A stretch of DNA of 34,744 bases from assembly GCA_028687495.1 (NCBI GenBank), contig JAQUAA010000001.1, positions 1 to 34,744 of the forward strand. The letters run 5' to 3'. Source of the stretch: Minisyncoccota bacterium. GTDB taxonomy: Bacteria; Patescibacteriota; Minisyncoccia; Minisyncoccales; RBG-13-42-11. The notes beneath the pieces were generated by a model. It made no database searches, had not been told where the DNA came from, and was given only the letters and a program-made list of their open reading frames with translations. The position numbers and the translations under genes were made by a program. Shown one piece after another: positions 15,122 to 23,608 of the stretch. Position 1 is the first letter of the stretch; each line of letters begins with the position of its first letter.

Positions 15122-16223
15122 CGTTTTTAATGCCCCTTAGGGCAAGTCCTAAAACGGTGGTGTATTCGAGGGACTCTTCTTTCTCATAAATTAAAATTTC
15201 TTTTTCTGGCTGGACATTGGAAGGCAAGATATTTATCCAGGGATTGCCGATTTCAACCGGCAAGTTAAGCTGAGAAGATAAAAACTCGGTAAGGCCTTTC
15301 AGTTTGGCGCCGCCTCCACAAATCAAGATTTTCTCTATTCCCTTGCCGTCTGGCGGCAGATGCTCGTGGCTGGAGTGTTCTAGATAATATCCAAGATATT
15401 TTTTAATTTGTTCGGTCAGATCGGTAAGGGAAGGAATCAGAGCGTCAAAAACTTCCTTACCCGCTTTCATCTCCTTATTTTCAAGTCCGTACTTTATTTT
15501 CAATTTTTCCGCCTCCGGCAAACTGATTTTCAGAGTTCGGGAAATGATTTCGGTAAAGTTCTGGGAAGAAACGGGTATGGAAAAAGTAAATCTCAGAGAA
15601 TGTCCTGAAAAAATAATGAAACCCGTTCTCGTTGCTCCGAAATCAATCAAAAGCAGAGGACGGGTGGTTCCTTCATTTTTAATCAAGGCTCTAGCAATGG
15701 CCAGAGATTCTATTTCGAAGACGGTTGGTTTCAGTCCGGCCTTTTTCAGACAGCTGACATAATCTTCGATTACTTTGCGGGGAAAGGCAGCTATTAGAAC
15801 ATCAAGATGGTCCAAGTGGTTGACCACGGGACTAATAATCTGGTAATCCAAATATACCTCTTCTATCCCTAAGGGAATGTAATTTTCAGCCTCAAAAATT
15901 ATGGCTGATTTCAGATCTTCTTCCGGCAGACGCGGCATTTGAATTACCTGCAAAAAGGCTTTTTCCTCGGGTAGGGAAACCACCACGTTCTTCGTCGCCA
16001 ACCCCTCTCCCTTCACTTCTTTTGTCGATTTTTTGATGGTTTCCGCCAGTTCATCGATCTTCCTGATTTCTCCTTTTTTGACTATGCCCGGTTTCAGAGG
16101 AACTTCAATATAAGAAGCCAAATCAAAAAACTGCCCTTCTTTCTTAAGTTTTACGATTTTCAACGATATGTCGGAAATATCAAGTCCGAAACTTTCTGGT
16201 TTTAAATTAAGAAACTCTAGCAT
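15093..16223 (-). CDS. pilM: PilM, actin-like ATPase-fold type IV pilus assembly protein
   Basis: The N-terminus FGLDISDISLKIVKL is typical of PilM/FtsA-like proteins, and the length is ~376 aa. The start is set at the ATG at 16223 because the longer ORF (16313) overlaps the upstream gene, whose stop is at 16229-16231. Confidence 0.88.
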   Translation of the reverse strand: MLEFLNLKPESFGLDISDISLKIVKLKKEGQFFDLASYIEVPLKPGIVKKGEIRKIDELAETIKKSTKEVKGEGLATKNVVVSLPEEKAFLQVIQMPRLPEEDLKSAIIFEAENYIPLGIEEVYLDYQIISPVVNHLDHLDVLIAAFPRKVIEDYVSCLKKAGLKPTVFEIESLAIARALIKNEGTTRPLLLIDFGATRTGFIIFSGHSLRFTFSIPVSSQNFTEIISRTLKISLPEAEKLKIKYGLENKEMKAGKEVFDALIPSLTDLTEQIKKYLGYYLEHSSHEHLPPDGKGIEKILICGGGAKLKGLTEFLSSQLNLPVEIGNPWINILPSNVQPEKEILIYEKEESLEYTTVLGLALRGIKNDDKPFTASK

Positions 16224-16228
16224 TTTAT

Positions 16229-17626
16229 TTAATATGTTTCCTCCCAGTGTTCTATGGTGACAATCGGTGAATAGGGAGGTTTTTCTCCTTCTGGCGGCTG
16301 GAGACCGCCCCAAATTCCCTCAATGATGATTTGATTGCTTAAAGTGATGTTTATTACCGCCCAAGCGCTGGTTAGAGAAATTTTCCTGCCCAATAAACCG
16401 CCCGTCAGATTAAAGGCCCAAGGCAAGCTTATCAATCTTACTTCGTCGTTGGCATAAACCAATCCCGTGATATTGATATCTTGGAACGAAGAATAAAGAC
16501 TGAAATTTATTTTTGATTTAGTCAAAAGACCGGACGGCTTTCCGAAACCAGGATCGTTAACCGTGATTTGGTCGAAGCCGCAATCTTTCTGTCCTTTATT
16601 GCTCCAGCAATTGCTTTCTCCGATGTTAATCGTGCTGTCAGCCACCAGGGCTCCGTTAACCACTAATCTTCTGCCGCCTTTCAAATCAATAAGGCCGGTA
16701 ACATAGGTGATTTCGTTGTTCAGGGTCATGGTACCGTTGAGCCCCACCTGCCATAGAAGATCTTCAAATTCCCCGGCGGTAAAAATGCAGTTTGTGGCGC
16801 ACTGGATTCCGTTGCATAAAACGCTGCACTGACCGGCTCCCTGCGCTGTTTCAGCTTTCTTTTTGTAAGAATTCGGGTCGTCAGAATCGAAATCAACCAT
16901 GGGCATGGAGATCACGCTGGGCGGACAACCCTCTTCTACGCAGTTCCCCTGGCAAATGTTTTTGGCGCAGCTGGCTGTGGCATTTAAGGTGCTGTTCCAG
17001 GAAACACTGAGATTATTTACAGCCAAAGCCTTTCCTTCCACCTTCTCAGTGCCTGGATTGTCAAAAACTGAAATCTGGCTCCACCTGTCGATATTGGCGT
17101 TGTTGTTGCTGAAAAGATTGCCGTCATACAGATTTATTAAGCTGGCGCTGATGCTTATATTCTCACTCGTGCCGCCGGATAAAAAAGGACTGTCGCCGGT
17201 TAAAGTGCCCAATGCCTTAAACACTTTCGTTTTAACCACTCTCTGGGCGGTTTTTCCGTTCACAATATTAATTGTCGAAGTGGCGATTATTTGCCCTCGG
17301 GCGCAATCTGAGTTCTGAATTTGAACCTGATAAAAACTATTTGGAAGCAGAGTATTACTTTTTGAAAAACTGGCTGACCAAGTGGAACAGCCGGGAGGAG
17401 TTTCAAAATTATTTTTCCAATCTGCATCGTTCTTCAGTTTCCAAATCGCCTCGTTAACCCCGGCCTCGGCCAAATAATAGGTTTGGGTGGCCGTAACTTG
17501 GCTTCTTGAGATTCTCGATTCGGTTATGGTGAAGGTCAGAAAATAGCTTCCTAAAATTAATAATACACCCAAAATCAAAGAAGTGATAATTAAAACTGTT
17601 CCTTTTTCCCGAGAAATCGTTTTCAT
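16229..17626 (-). CDS. Large PilX_N-like minor pilin / putative pilus-associated adhesin, Cys-rich
   Basis: 465-aa ORF. The N-terminal hydrophobic helix plus SRISRSQVTATQTYYLAEAGVNEAIWKL resembles the PilX N-terminal domain. A long Asn/Ser/Thr/Gly-rich extracellular region follows, with clustered cysteines (CAKNICQGNCVEEGCPPS; CSVLCNGIQCATNC). Confidence 0.6.
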   Translation of the reverse strand: MKTISREKGTVLIITSLILGVLLILGSYFLTFTITESRISRSQVTATQTYYLAEAGVNEAIWKLKNDADWKNNFETPPGCSTWSASFSKSNTLLPNSFYQVQIQNSDCARGQIIATSTINIVNGKTAQRVVKTKVFKALGTLTGDSPFLSGGTSENISISASLINLYDGNLFSNNNANIDRWSQISVFDNPGTEKVEGKALAVNNLSVSWNSTLNATASCAKNICQGNCVEEGCPPSVISMPMVDFDSDDPNSYKKKAETAQGAGQCSVLCNGIQCATNCIFTAGEFEDLLWQVGLNGTMTLNNEITYVTGLIDLKGGRRLVVNGALVADSTINIGESNCWSNKGQKDCGFDQITVNDPGFGKPSGLLTKSKINFSLYSSFQDINITGLVYANDEVRLISLPWAFNLTGGLLGRKISLTSAWAVINITLSNQIIIEGIWGGLQPPEGEKPPYSPIVTIEHWEETY

Positions 17627-17627
17627 C

Positions 17628-18179
17628 TTAGAAATTACGGCTGAAAATTTTTGTTTCCAAATTCAATGTTTTGTCTTTCTTGGCTAAGGTCAGGACGATG
17701 TTAATCACGTTGGAACCCCAGAAGTCCAATTTTTCCACCCACTCTCCGATAACCACTGCTTCTTGTAATGTTGTTGTCGCTAGGGTCTGACCGACGGGTG
17801 GAATCGCTTCCCAGGGTTGAAGTGTCTGGGTGGGATCGCCCGAAAAATAAAAACCCAGTACTTCTCTTTTGACTTCACTGTCGGTCTTAAAATAATGGAT
17901 ATAGTGATATGAGTCTGAAATATGTCCGTCTTCAAAAGTAATGGAGGAGGTGGCATCTTCTTCCGCGCTCGGAAAATCGCCGATCACTTCTTTCGCCTGG
18001 CGAATTTCCCGGGAGATTCTTTCTATGATCACCCTGCCATTTTGAGTGATTTCGGCCGAATTCTGACCTTCTCGATACGCTTTCTGGCTGAGATTAAAGG
18101 CCAAATAAACCGCTCCCATCACTATGACAAAAATGGTTATGGCGATTAAAAGTTCGGTTGAGGTAAATCCTTTTTTCAT
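17628..18179 (-). CDS. Prepilin-type N-terminal cleavage/methylation domain protein (PilW-like minor pilin)
   Basis: MKKGFTSTELLIAITIFVIVMGAV shows the class III signal peptide pattern G/F-T-x-x-E plus a hydrophobic helix. The product is 183 aa. Confidence 0.7.
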   Translation of the reverse strand: MKKGFTSTELLIAITIFVIVMGAVYLAFNLSQKAYREGQNSAEITQNGRVIIERISREIRQAKEVIGDFPSAEEDATSSITFEDGHISDSYHYIHYFKTDSEVKREVLGFYFSGDPTQTLQPWEAIPPVGQTLATTTLQEAVVIGEWVEKLDFWGSNVINIVLTLAKKDKTLNLETKIFSRNF

Positions 18180-18586
18180 TTCTGGGCGATTAAAGTTGCT
18201 AATTTAACCTCCTTTTCCCCGACCCCCAGAGGGGAATGCCAGAAGACCTGGATGGTTATCTTCTTTATCCCTAAGTCGCTTCCGGGGGGAACCGAAGGAT
18301 TATTCGGATCAAAATAATTTATTTCCGTTTTTCTCCGATAAGAAGTGAGGGCAGGGTCAAATCCATACGATTCATCAACAATACCCACCGCTATTTCGCT
18401 ATAAGACCGGGAAATTATTTCTTCCATTTTCCCCTGGCCCAACTGAACCGCCACGCTCGTCATCTGGGCTGATTTCTGAATGTGTGTTCCTGTCGGGAAA
18501 ATATAAAGGGAGGCGACAATGCCGACTGATAAAATAAAAATGGCCACCAATAATTCAACTATGGTAAAACCTTTTTCTTTTTTCAT
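18176..18586 (-). CDS. Prepilin-type protein (PilV/GspI-like minor pilin)
   Basis: MKKEKGFTIVELLVAIFILSVGIVASL is a canonical GFTxxE prepilin signal. The product is 136 aa, with an ATGA overlap to the next gene. Confidence 0.7.
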   Translation of the reverse strand: MKKEKGFTIVELLVAIFILSVGIVASLYIFPTGTHIQKSAQMTSVAVQLGQGKMEEIISRSYSEIAVGIVDESYGFDPALTSYRRKTEINYFDPNNPSVPPGSDLGIKKITIQVFWHSPLGVGEKEVKLATLIAQK

Positions 18587-18591
18587 ATTGA

Positions 18592-19020
18592 TTATTCGAC
18601 CACTTCAACGAAGCCTGAGGCTTTGATTGAAATGGTCTTCGTCTCTTTTTTGGTATTTTCCAGAACAACCGTTCCCGGCTCGCTGACTGCGCCATAGGGA
18701 TTGTACTTTACTTCGTCACCCGTAAAACCAGTTGGAGTTATGCTTTCTATCTCTTTGGGCAATATTTTTTCTTTGAGGACCGCTCCCTGGCATTCTTTGA
18801 GTTGATATTTTTTTTCCGAAGGAAAAAAAAGAAGACAATGTTCTTTCTGTTCGGTCACCGTAAGCTGCTGGGCGTAACGTAAATCAGCAACCAATTCCTG
18901 GGTGACGCTGCTTAGTTGGAGATTTGGCTGAAACGCTCTTAATGCCGGAAGGGCAAATAAAGCCAAAATTCCGATAATTCCGATAACTACCAAAATCTCT
19001 GGTAAAGTAAAACTTTTCAT
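18592..19020 (-). CDS. Prepilin-type protein (FimT/GspH-like minor pilin)
   Basis: MKSFTLPEILVVIGIIGILA is followed by a GspH-like segment (LQLSSVTQELVADLRYAQQLTV). The start is set at 19020 because the longer ORF overlaps the pilC stop at 19025-19027. Position -1 is Ser rather than Gly. Confidence 0.7.
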   Translation of the reverse strand: MKSFTLPEILVVIGIIGILALFALPALRAFQPNLQLSSVTQELVADLRYAQQLTVTEQKEHCLLFFPSEKKYQLKECQGAVLKEKILPKEIESITPTGFTGDEVKYNPYGAVSEPGTVVLENTKKETKTISIKASGFVEVVE

Positions 19021-19024
19021 CGTT

Positions 19025-20242
19025 TTATATGGCTCCCAACATGGAGTACATCGGCTGAACCATGGAAATGGCGAAAAAGCCAATTATTCCTCCGACGATA
19101 ATCATTAGAACCGGTTCGATGACCGAGGTTAAGTTTTTCGTGGCATAGCTTATTTCTTCCTCGAAGAAATCGGCCAATTTTGACAGAACGCTCGAAGTTT
19201 CTCCGGTTTCTTCTCCCACTTCCATCATCTGCATGACAATCAGAGGGAAAATGTCCTGATACGGCTTCATCGCCTCGGAAAGTTTTTCTCCTTTCCTGAC
19301 CTTTTCCGCCGCTTCCAAAATGGCTTTCTTATAATAAAAGTTGCCTAAAACTCCTGCTACGACGCTCAAGGATTTAACAATGGGCACTCCGGCGGCGGTC
19401 AAAGAACTCAATGTTCTGACGGTATAAGCTGAATTTGTTTTTTTGATCAAAGGGGAGACGATGGGAATTCTCAGAGTTATCGTATCAATGATCTTTTTCC
19501 CCCTTTTCGTTTTTGAAACAAACCAGAACGAAACGACAAGGACAAGCAGAATTAAGATGGAAAGCAGCCATTTTTCCGCCAAGAAGGTTCCCAGTCCTAT
19601 CACGATTTTGGTGGTCAGGGGCAGTTCTATTTCCAGTTCGGCAAAGGTTTCGGCAAGTTTGGGAACAACCATGACCAGCATTAAAATTCCTATGCCCACC
19701 ATCGCCAGAATGATTACCGCAGGATACATCATGGCCGCTTTAATTTTTTCTTTCAATTCGTACTCCCTTTCTATCTGTTGGGATAAAATTCTCAAAACTT
19801 CGTCGAGATTCCCGGCCTCTTCGCCCACTTTCACCATGTTTTGAAAAAGTTCGGAAAAAATACTGGGATACTTCGTCAAAGCATCGGAGAAGTTTTTTCC
19901 TTTGATAATCTGCTCTTTTATTTCAAGGAGCGCCTCTCTGAACTTTTTGCTTTTTGTTTGGGAAGCCAGCGTCTCCAAGGCCCGAGGCAGGGGAAGGCCG
20001 GAATTTATCATCACCTGAAGATTTCTGGTAAACATCATTTTCTCCGAAAGAGAAACCCCTCCGAAAAAAGGCAAGCTGAATTTTATTTTTATTTTTTCTT
20101 TTTCTTTCTCCGTTTCGGCTCTTATTAAAATAAAACCTTGTTCTCGCAAGGTCTTGGCCAGCTGTCTCTCGTCTTTCGCTTCAATGGTGCCCGATTCTTC
20201 TTCCCCTTTTAAAGATTTGGCAAAATAATGAAATGTTGGCAT
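19025..20242 (-). CDS. pilC: PilC/GspF-family type IV pilus platform protein
   Basis: Two GspF-type repeats with three TM segments. The typical N-terminus is MPTFHYFAKSLKGEEESGTIEA. The start is set at the ATG at 20242, just after the pilB stop (20247-20249). Confidence 0.92.
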   Translation of the reverse strand: MPTFHYFAKSLKGEEESGTIEAKDERQLAKTLREQGFILIRAETEKEKEKIKIKFSLPFFGGVSLSEKMMFTRNLQVMINSGLPLPRALETLASQTKSKKFREALLEIKEQIIKGKNFSDALTKYPSIFSELFQNMVKVGEEAGNLDEVLRILSQQIEREYELKEKIKAAMMYPAVIILAMVGIGILMLVMVVPKLAETFAELEIELPLTTKIVIGLGTFLAEKWLLSILILLVLVVSFWFVSKTKRGKKIIDTITLRIPIVSPLIKKTNSAYTVRTLSSLTAAGVPIVKSLSVVAGVLGNFYYKKAILEAAEKVRKGEKLSEAMKPYQDIFPLIVMQMMEVGEETGETSSVLSKLADFFEEEISYATKNLTSVIEPVLMIIVGGIIGFFAISMVQPMYSMLGAI

Positions 20243-20246
20243 TTGT

Positions 20247-22001
20247 TTATTCAACGATAACGCGGAGAACTTCTTCGATCGAAGTTGTTCCTTGGGCAGC
20301 CTTGATAAAGCCGTCCTCAATCATCGTTTTCATCCCTTCTTTCTGCGCCTGAGCCTGAATTTGGTCGGAATCTGCCTCCTTTATAATCAGTTCCTTGATG
20401 GTTTCTGTAATCGGCATAACTTCGTAAATTCCCAACCGTCCCCTGTAGCCATCGGGACATTCTTTAGAAGGTTTGGGCCTGTAAAAGACGATGTCTTTGA
20501 AAGTTTCTTTCGGTTTTATCAATTTTTCTTCCCGGAGAACGTGCAGAACTTTTTCCAGATCGCAATATTTCTTCAGGTTTTTTATTTCCGACTCCTTGAG
20601 AGTGTATTTTTCCTTTTCCCCGCAAAGTCTTCTTACTAATCTTTGGGCTAAAATAATACTCAAAGTCGATGAAATCAAGAAAGGTTCCACTTTCATATCG
20701 ATAAGACGGGGGATGGCGCCCGAGGCCGAGGTGGTGTGGAGGGTGGATAAAACCAGGTGGCCCGTCAGGGCGGCGTTAATGGCCAAAGAAGCTGTTTCGT
20801 TGTCTCTGATTTCACCGACCATGATAATATCCGGATCCTGCCTGACCAAAGAGCGGAGTCCCGAAGCAAAAGTCAGACCGATTTTTGGGTTAACCTGAGT
20901 CTGGTTTATTCTAGGCATCCTGTATTCCACCGGATCTTCAACAGTAGAAATATTCACTCCGGGCACGTTTAAAATTTCCATCATCGAGTAAAGGGTGGTG
21001 GTCTTTCCACAACCGGTAGGACCGGTTACCAAAATCATGCCGACTGGTTTTCTCAAATTGTCCTGAATGCCCTCCAAAGCATCTCCCCTCAAACCCAATT
21101 GTTCCAAAGTCAGGGCTTTAGCACTCTCGGGCAAGAGACGCATAACCACTTTCTCTCCATCGAAAACAGGCAAGATGGAAACCCTGACGGAATATTTATA
21201 ATCTTCGGTTTCGATTCTGAACCGCCCGTCCTGGGGCAAACGATGCTCATCGAGCTTAAGATTGGATAAGACCTTGATTCTGGCGACAATGCCCGAGGCA
21301 ACCTGTTTGGGAAGCGTCATGGCATCCCTTAAGACGCCGTCAATTCTGTATCTGACGATCACTTCTTTCTTGGTCGGTTCAATGTGAATATCGGAAGATC
21401 TTTCCAAAATGGCGTGTTTTAAAAGAGTATCGACGATCCTGACCACGGGCAGTTCCTCTGCCATTTTCTTTAATTCTTCCCCCTCTCCTTTTTCCATGGG
21501 AAAACCTTCTTTCACCGTTTTTATTCCTTCGGCTTCCTTTTTGATTATTTCTCCAAACTCCGCCTCCAGTGTTTTTTGATACTGGCGGAGAACGTTTTTA
21601 ATGCTTTCTGGCGTGGTTAAGCGGGGTAAAATTTTAAGATCGGATGTTTTTTTGATAAACTCAATCGTCCTCAAATCTTCCGGATCCAACATCGCCACTT
21701 CCAAATCCTTTCCCTTTTTTCTGAAAGCGACGATGTTGTTGGAACGGGCTATGGGCTCAGGAATGATCTTTAAAACATCGTCCTCAACTTTTTCTTTCTC
21801 CAGGCTGACGAAAGGAATGCCTAAAATATAGGCCTCCATTTTAATCAATTCTTCCTGTGCAATCAAACCCTGGGAAACCAAAACGTCTCCCACTCTCTGG
21901 TTGCTCTCCTGGGCTGATTTCAGAGCTTCTTCAAACTGCTTTTCGCTGATTAGTTTAGCATCTAAAAGAAATGCTTTTAGTTGCTGGGGTTCAACTCTCA
22001 T
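20247..22001 (-). CDS. pilB: PilB/GspE-family type IV pilus assembly ATPase
   Basis: N-terminal GSPII_E_N-like domain, Walker A GPTGCGKTTT, Walker B DPDIIMVGEIRD and His box TGHLVLSTLHT. Confidence 0.93.
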   Translation of the reverse strand: MRVEPQQLKAFLLDAKLISEKQFEEALKSAQESNQRVGDVLVSQGLIAQEELIKMEAYILGIPFVSLEKEKVEDDVLKIIPEPIARSNNIVAFRKKGKDLEVAMLDPEDLRTIEFIKKTSDLKILPRLTTPESIKNVLRQYQKTLEAEFGEIIKKEAEGIKTVKEGFPMEKGEGEELKKMAEELPVVRIVDTLLKHAILERSSDIHIEPTKKEVIVRYRIDGVLRDAMTLPKQVASGIVARIKVLSNLKLDEHRLPQDGRFRIETEDYKYSVRVSILPVFDGEKVVMRLLPESAKALTLEQLGLRGDALEGIQDNLRKPVGMILVTGPTGCGKTTTLYSMMEILNVPGVNISTVEDPVEYRMPRINQTQVNPKIGLTFASGLRSLVRQDPDIIMVGEIRDNETASLAINAALTGHLVLSTLHTTSASGAIPRLIDMKVEPFLISSTLSIILAQRLVRRLCGEKEKYTLKESEIKNLKKYCDLEKVLHVLREEKLIKPKETFKDIVFYRPKPSKECPDGYRGRLGIYEVMPITETIKELIIKEADSDQIQAQAQKEGMKTMIEDGFIKAAQGTTSIEEVLRVIVE

Positions 22002-22013
22002 AAAATTCTTTTT

Positions 22014-22385
22014 TTATTCTCCTAAAGCTTTTTTAATTTTTTGAACGACTTCTTCCAAGCTGTATTGGGTCTTGACCAGATAGGTGGTCGCTCCCAATTC
22101 CAAAGCTTTTTCCACGTCCTCTAACCCTTCAAGATTGGTGAGAACGATGACTGGTATCTCTTTGGTCTCATTGTCTTCTTTCAGTTTTTTCAGAACATCA
22201 AACCCGTGAATTTTAGGTAGAATTAAATCTAATAAGATTATATTTGGCTTGTTTTCTTTTGCCAATCTCAAACCTATCTCACCATCCAGGGCGGAGATCG
22301 TCTCATAGCCTTCCTGTTTCAAGATTTCTCCGAAAGTTTTTTGAAGAGCTGATTCGTCTTCAATAAAAAGTATTTTTTTTGACAT
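22014..22385 (-). CDS. Single-domain (CheY-like) response regulator
   Basis: 123-aa receiver domain only (ILFIEDE..., phospho-acceptor context ILLDLILPK, and conserved T and K positions). There is no output domain. Confidence 0.9.
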   Translation of the reverse strand: MSKKILFIEDESALQKTFGEILKQEGYETISALDGEIGLRLAKENKPNIILLDLILPKIHGFDVLKKLKEDNETKEIPVIVLTNLEGLEDVEKALELGATTYLVKTQYSLEEVVQKIKKALGE

Positions 22386-22391
22386 ATGATT

Positions 22392-23339
22392 TTACTTAAT
22401 TGGTAACGTGAACCAGAAGGTCGACCCGACGCCTTCTTGGCTTGTGAATCCTATTTTTCCACCTGATTTTTCAATGATTGATTTGGTGATATAAAGGCCC
22501 AAACCCGATCCTTCGGTTTGATGCCTTTTGATGTTTCCCGAACGGAAGAATTTCTGAAAAATATATTTCTGATCGTCCCGCGGGATGCCGACGCCGTTGT
22601 CTTTTACCTCGAAATAAAGATTGCTGTTCTTTTTCTTCAATTGCAGCTCTACTTTTCCTTTTTCCTTGACATAACGGATGGCGTTGTCCAAAAGGTTATC
22701 GACAGCCAATTTCAATTGAGATGGGTCGGCGGTAATCTGAGGGAGATTTCTTGCTAGATTAAATTTCATTTCAACATTGGAAGCCCTGGCGAAAATTTCC
22801 GTGTCTTTTATTGCAGTCTTAACCAGATCCTCCAAAGAAATCTCTTCTTTTTTAAGAGGAAGTCTGCCCTGTTCGATTCTCGATACGGTCAATAAGTCCT
22901 GAACCAATTCTTCCATTCTTTTGCTGTTTTCCCTTAAGATCCGGAAATATTCCAGCTGTTTCTCGGAAACCGAAGAAATTCTTCCCGACATTAAAAGTTC
23001 TATAACCCATTTCAGATTGGAAAGAGGGGAACGCAGCTGATGACTGACAACGCTGACGAATTCCGATTTCATCCTGTTGGCTTCGGCCAATCTTTCAAAA
23101 CTTCTGGTGATGATGGCGGCGATGATAAACAAAATGGCGCTGATTAAAAGAACTATCAGAGCCACCAAAAGAGGGTCATCTATGTATTTGCTGCCGATGG
23201 CATAAGTAATCAGGGTAGAGAAAATTATCACCATGCCCATCACCAAAAAAAGAAATTGGGGGCACTGCCAGAGGGTCAAATCGTATTTGCGGCACTGCTT
23301 AACGATATTAAATTGGTCGCAAATTTTCTCAGAAATCAT
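22392..23339 (-). CDS. Sensor histidine kinase (HisKA + HATPase_c) with two TM helices and a minimal external loop
   Basis: H-box FVSVVSHQLRSPL, N box DNLLDNAIRY, G boxes DNGVGI and GSGLGL. The two TM helices are separated by only ~8 residues (GSKYIDDP). Confidence 0.9.
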   Translation of the reverse strand: MISEKICDQFNIVKQCRKYDLTLWQCPQFLFLVMGMVIIFSTLITYAIGSKYIDDPLLVALIVLLISAILFIIAAIITRSFERLAEANRMKSEFVSVVSHQLRSPLSNLKWVIELLMSGRISSVSEKQLEYFRILRENSKRMEELVQDLLTVSRIEQGRLPLKKEEISLEDLVKTAIKDTEIFARASNVEMKFNLARNLPQITADPSQLKLAVDNLLDNAIRYVKEKGKVELQLKKKNSNLYFEVKDNGVGIPRDDQKYIFQKFFRSGNIKRHQTEGSGLGLYITKSIIEKSGGKIGFTSQEGVGSTFWFTLPIK

Positions 23340-23345
23340 TATCTT

Positions 23346-23354
23346 AGTATATCA
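23346..23354 (-). promoter_or_regulatory. Extended -10 element TGATATACT, 6 nt upstream of the kinase ATG (23339)
   Basis: The minus strand reads TGA (23354-23352), TATACT (23351-23346), aagata, then ATG. Only a weak -35 (TTTGGT, 16-nt spacer) is present. Confidence 0.4.
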
Positions 23355-23364
23355 TATCAATAAA

Positions 23365-23393
23365 TTGACCAAAAGGGTAAATTCTATTAAAAT
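23365..23393 (+). promoter_or_regulatory. Putative promoter TTGACC-N17-TAAAAT for the tRNA-Pro/tRNA-Gly pair
   Basis: TTGACC at 23365-23370 and TAAAAT at 23388-23393. The tRNA-Pro 5' end lies 12 nt downstream of the -10. Confidence 0.5.
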
Positions 23394-23405
23394 ACGGCTG
23401 TACGA

Positions 23406-23476
23406 CGGGGTGTAGTGCAATGGCAGCACGAGTCCTTTGGGAGGATTTAATCTGGGTTCAAATCCCAGCACCCCGA
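23406..23476 (+). tRNA. tRNA-Pro (anticodon UGG)
   Basis: Acceptor CGGGGTG/CACCCCG (C1:G72, typical of bacterial tRNA-Pro), anticodon stem AGTCC/GGATT with loop TTTGGGA, and T arm CTGGG-TTCAAAT-CCCAG. Confidence 0.88.
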
Positions 23477-23477
23477 T

Positions 23478-23551
23478 GCGGGCGTAACACAATGGCAGTG
23501 TGATAGCTTTCCAAGCTATTTATGTGGGTTCGATTCCCATCGCCCGCTCCA
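23478..23551 (+). tRNA. tRNA-Gly (anticodon UCC), CCA encoded
   Basis: Acceptor GCGGGCG/CGCCCGC with discriminator U then CCA, anticodon stem ATAGC/GCTAT with loop TTTCCAA. Confidence 0.88.
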
Positions 23552-23553
23552 GC

Positions 23554-23582
23554 AAAAAACGGCGGTAACTCCGCCGTTTTTT
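23554..23582. terminator. Bidirectional rho-independent terminator
   Basis: AAAAAACGGCGG / loop taact / CCGCCGTTTTTT. It serves the plus-strand tRNA pair and the convergent minus-strand rny (stop at 23609). Confidence 0.7.
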
Positions 23583-23608
23583 GTTTATCGTTTAAGTTTA
23601 TTTGGCAA

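Noticed and set aside
16224-16313. N-terminally extended ORF starts in the ORF track: pilM (16313), pilC (20320), the FimT-like gene (19083), ftsH (5617), the MBL hydrolase (4443) and htrA (12464).
   Set aside because: The extensions overlap the upstream gene or the predicted promoter and encode Arg/Cys/Trp-rich non-homologous sequence. The internal ATGs give the canonical family N-termini (FGLDISD..., MPTFHYFAK..., MKSFTLPE..., MKNLIKNF..., MQIIWKG..., MAESF...).
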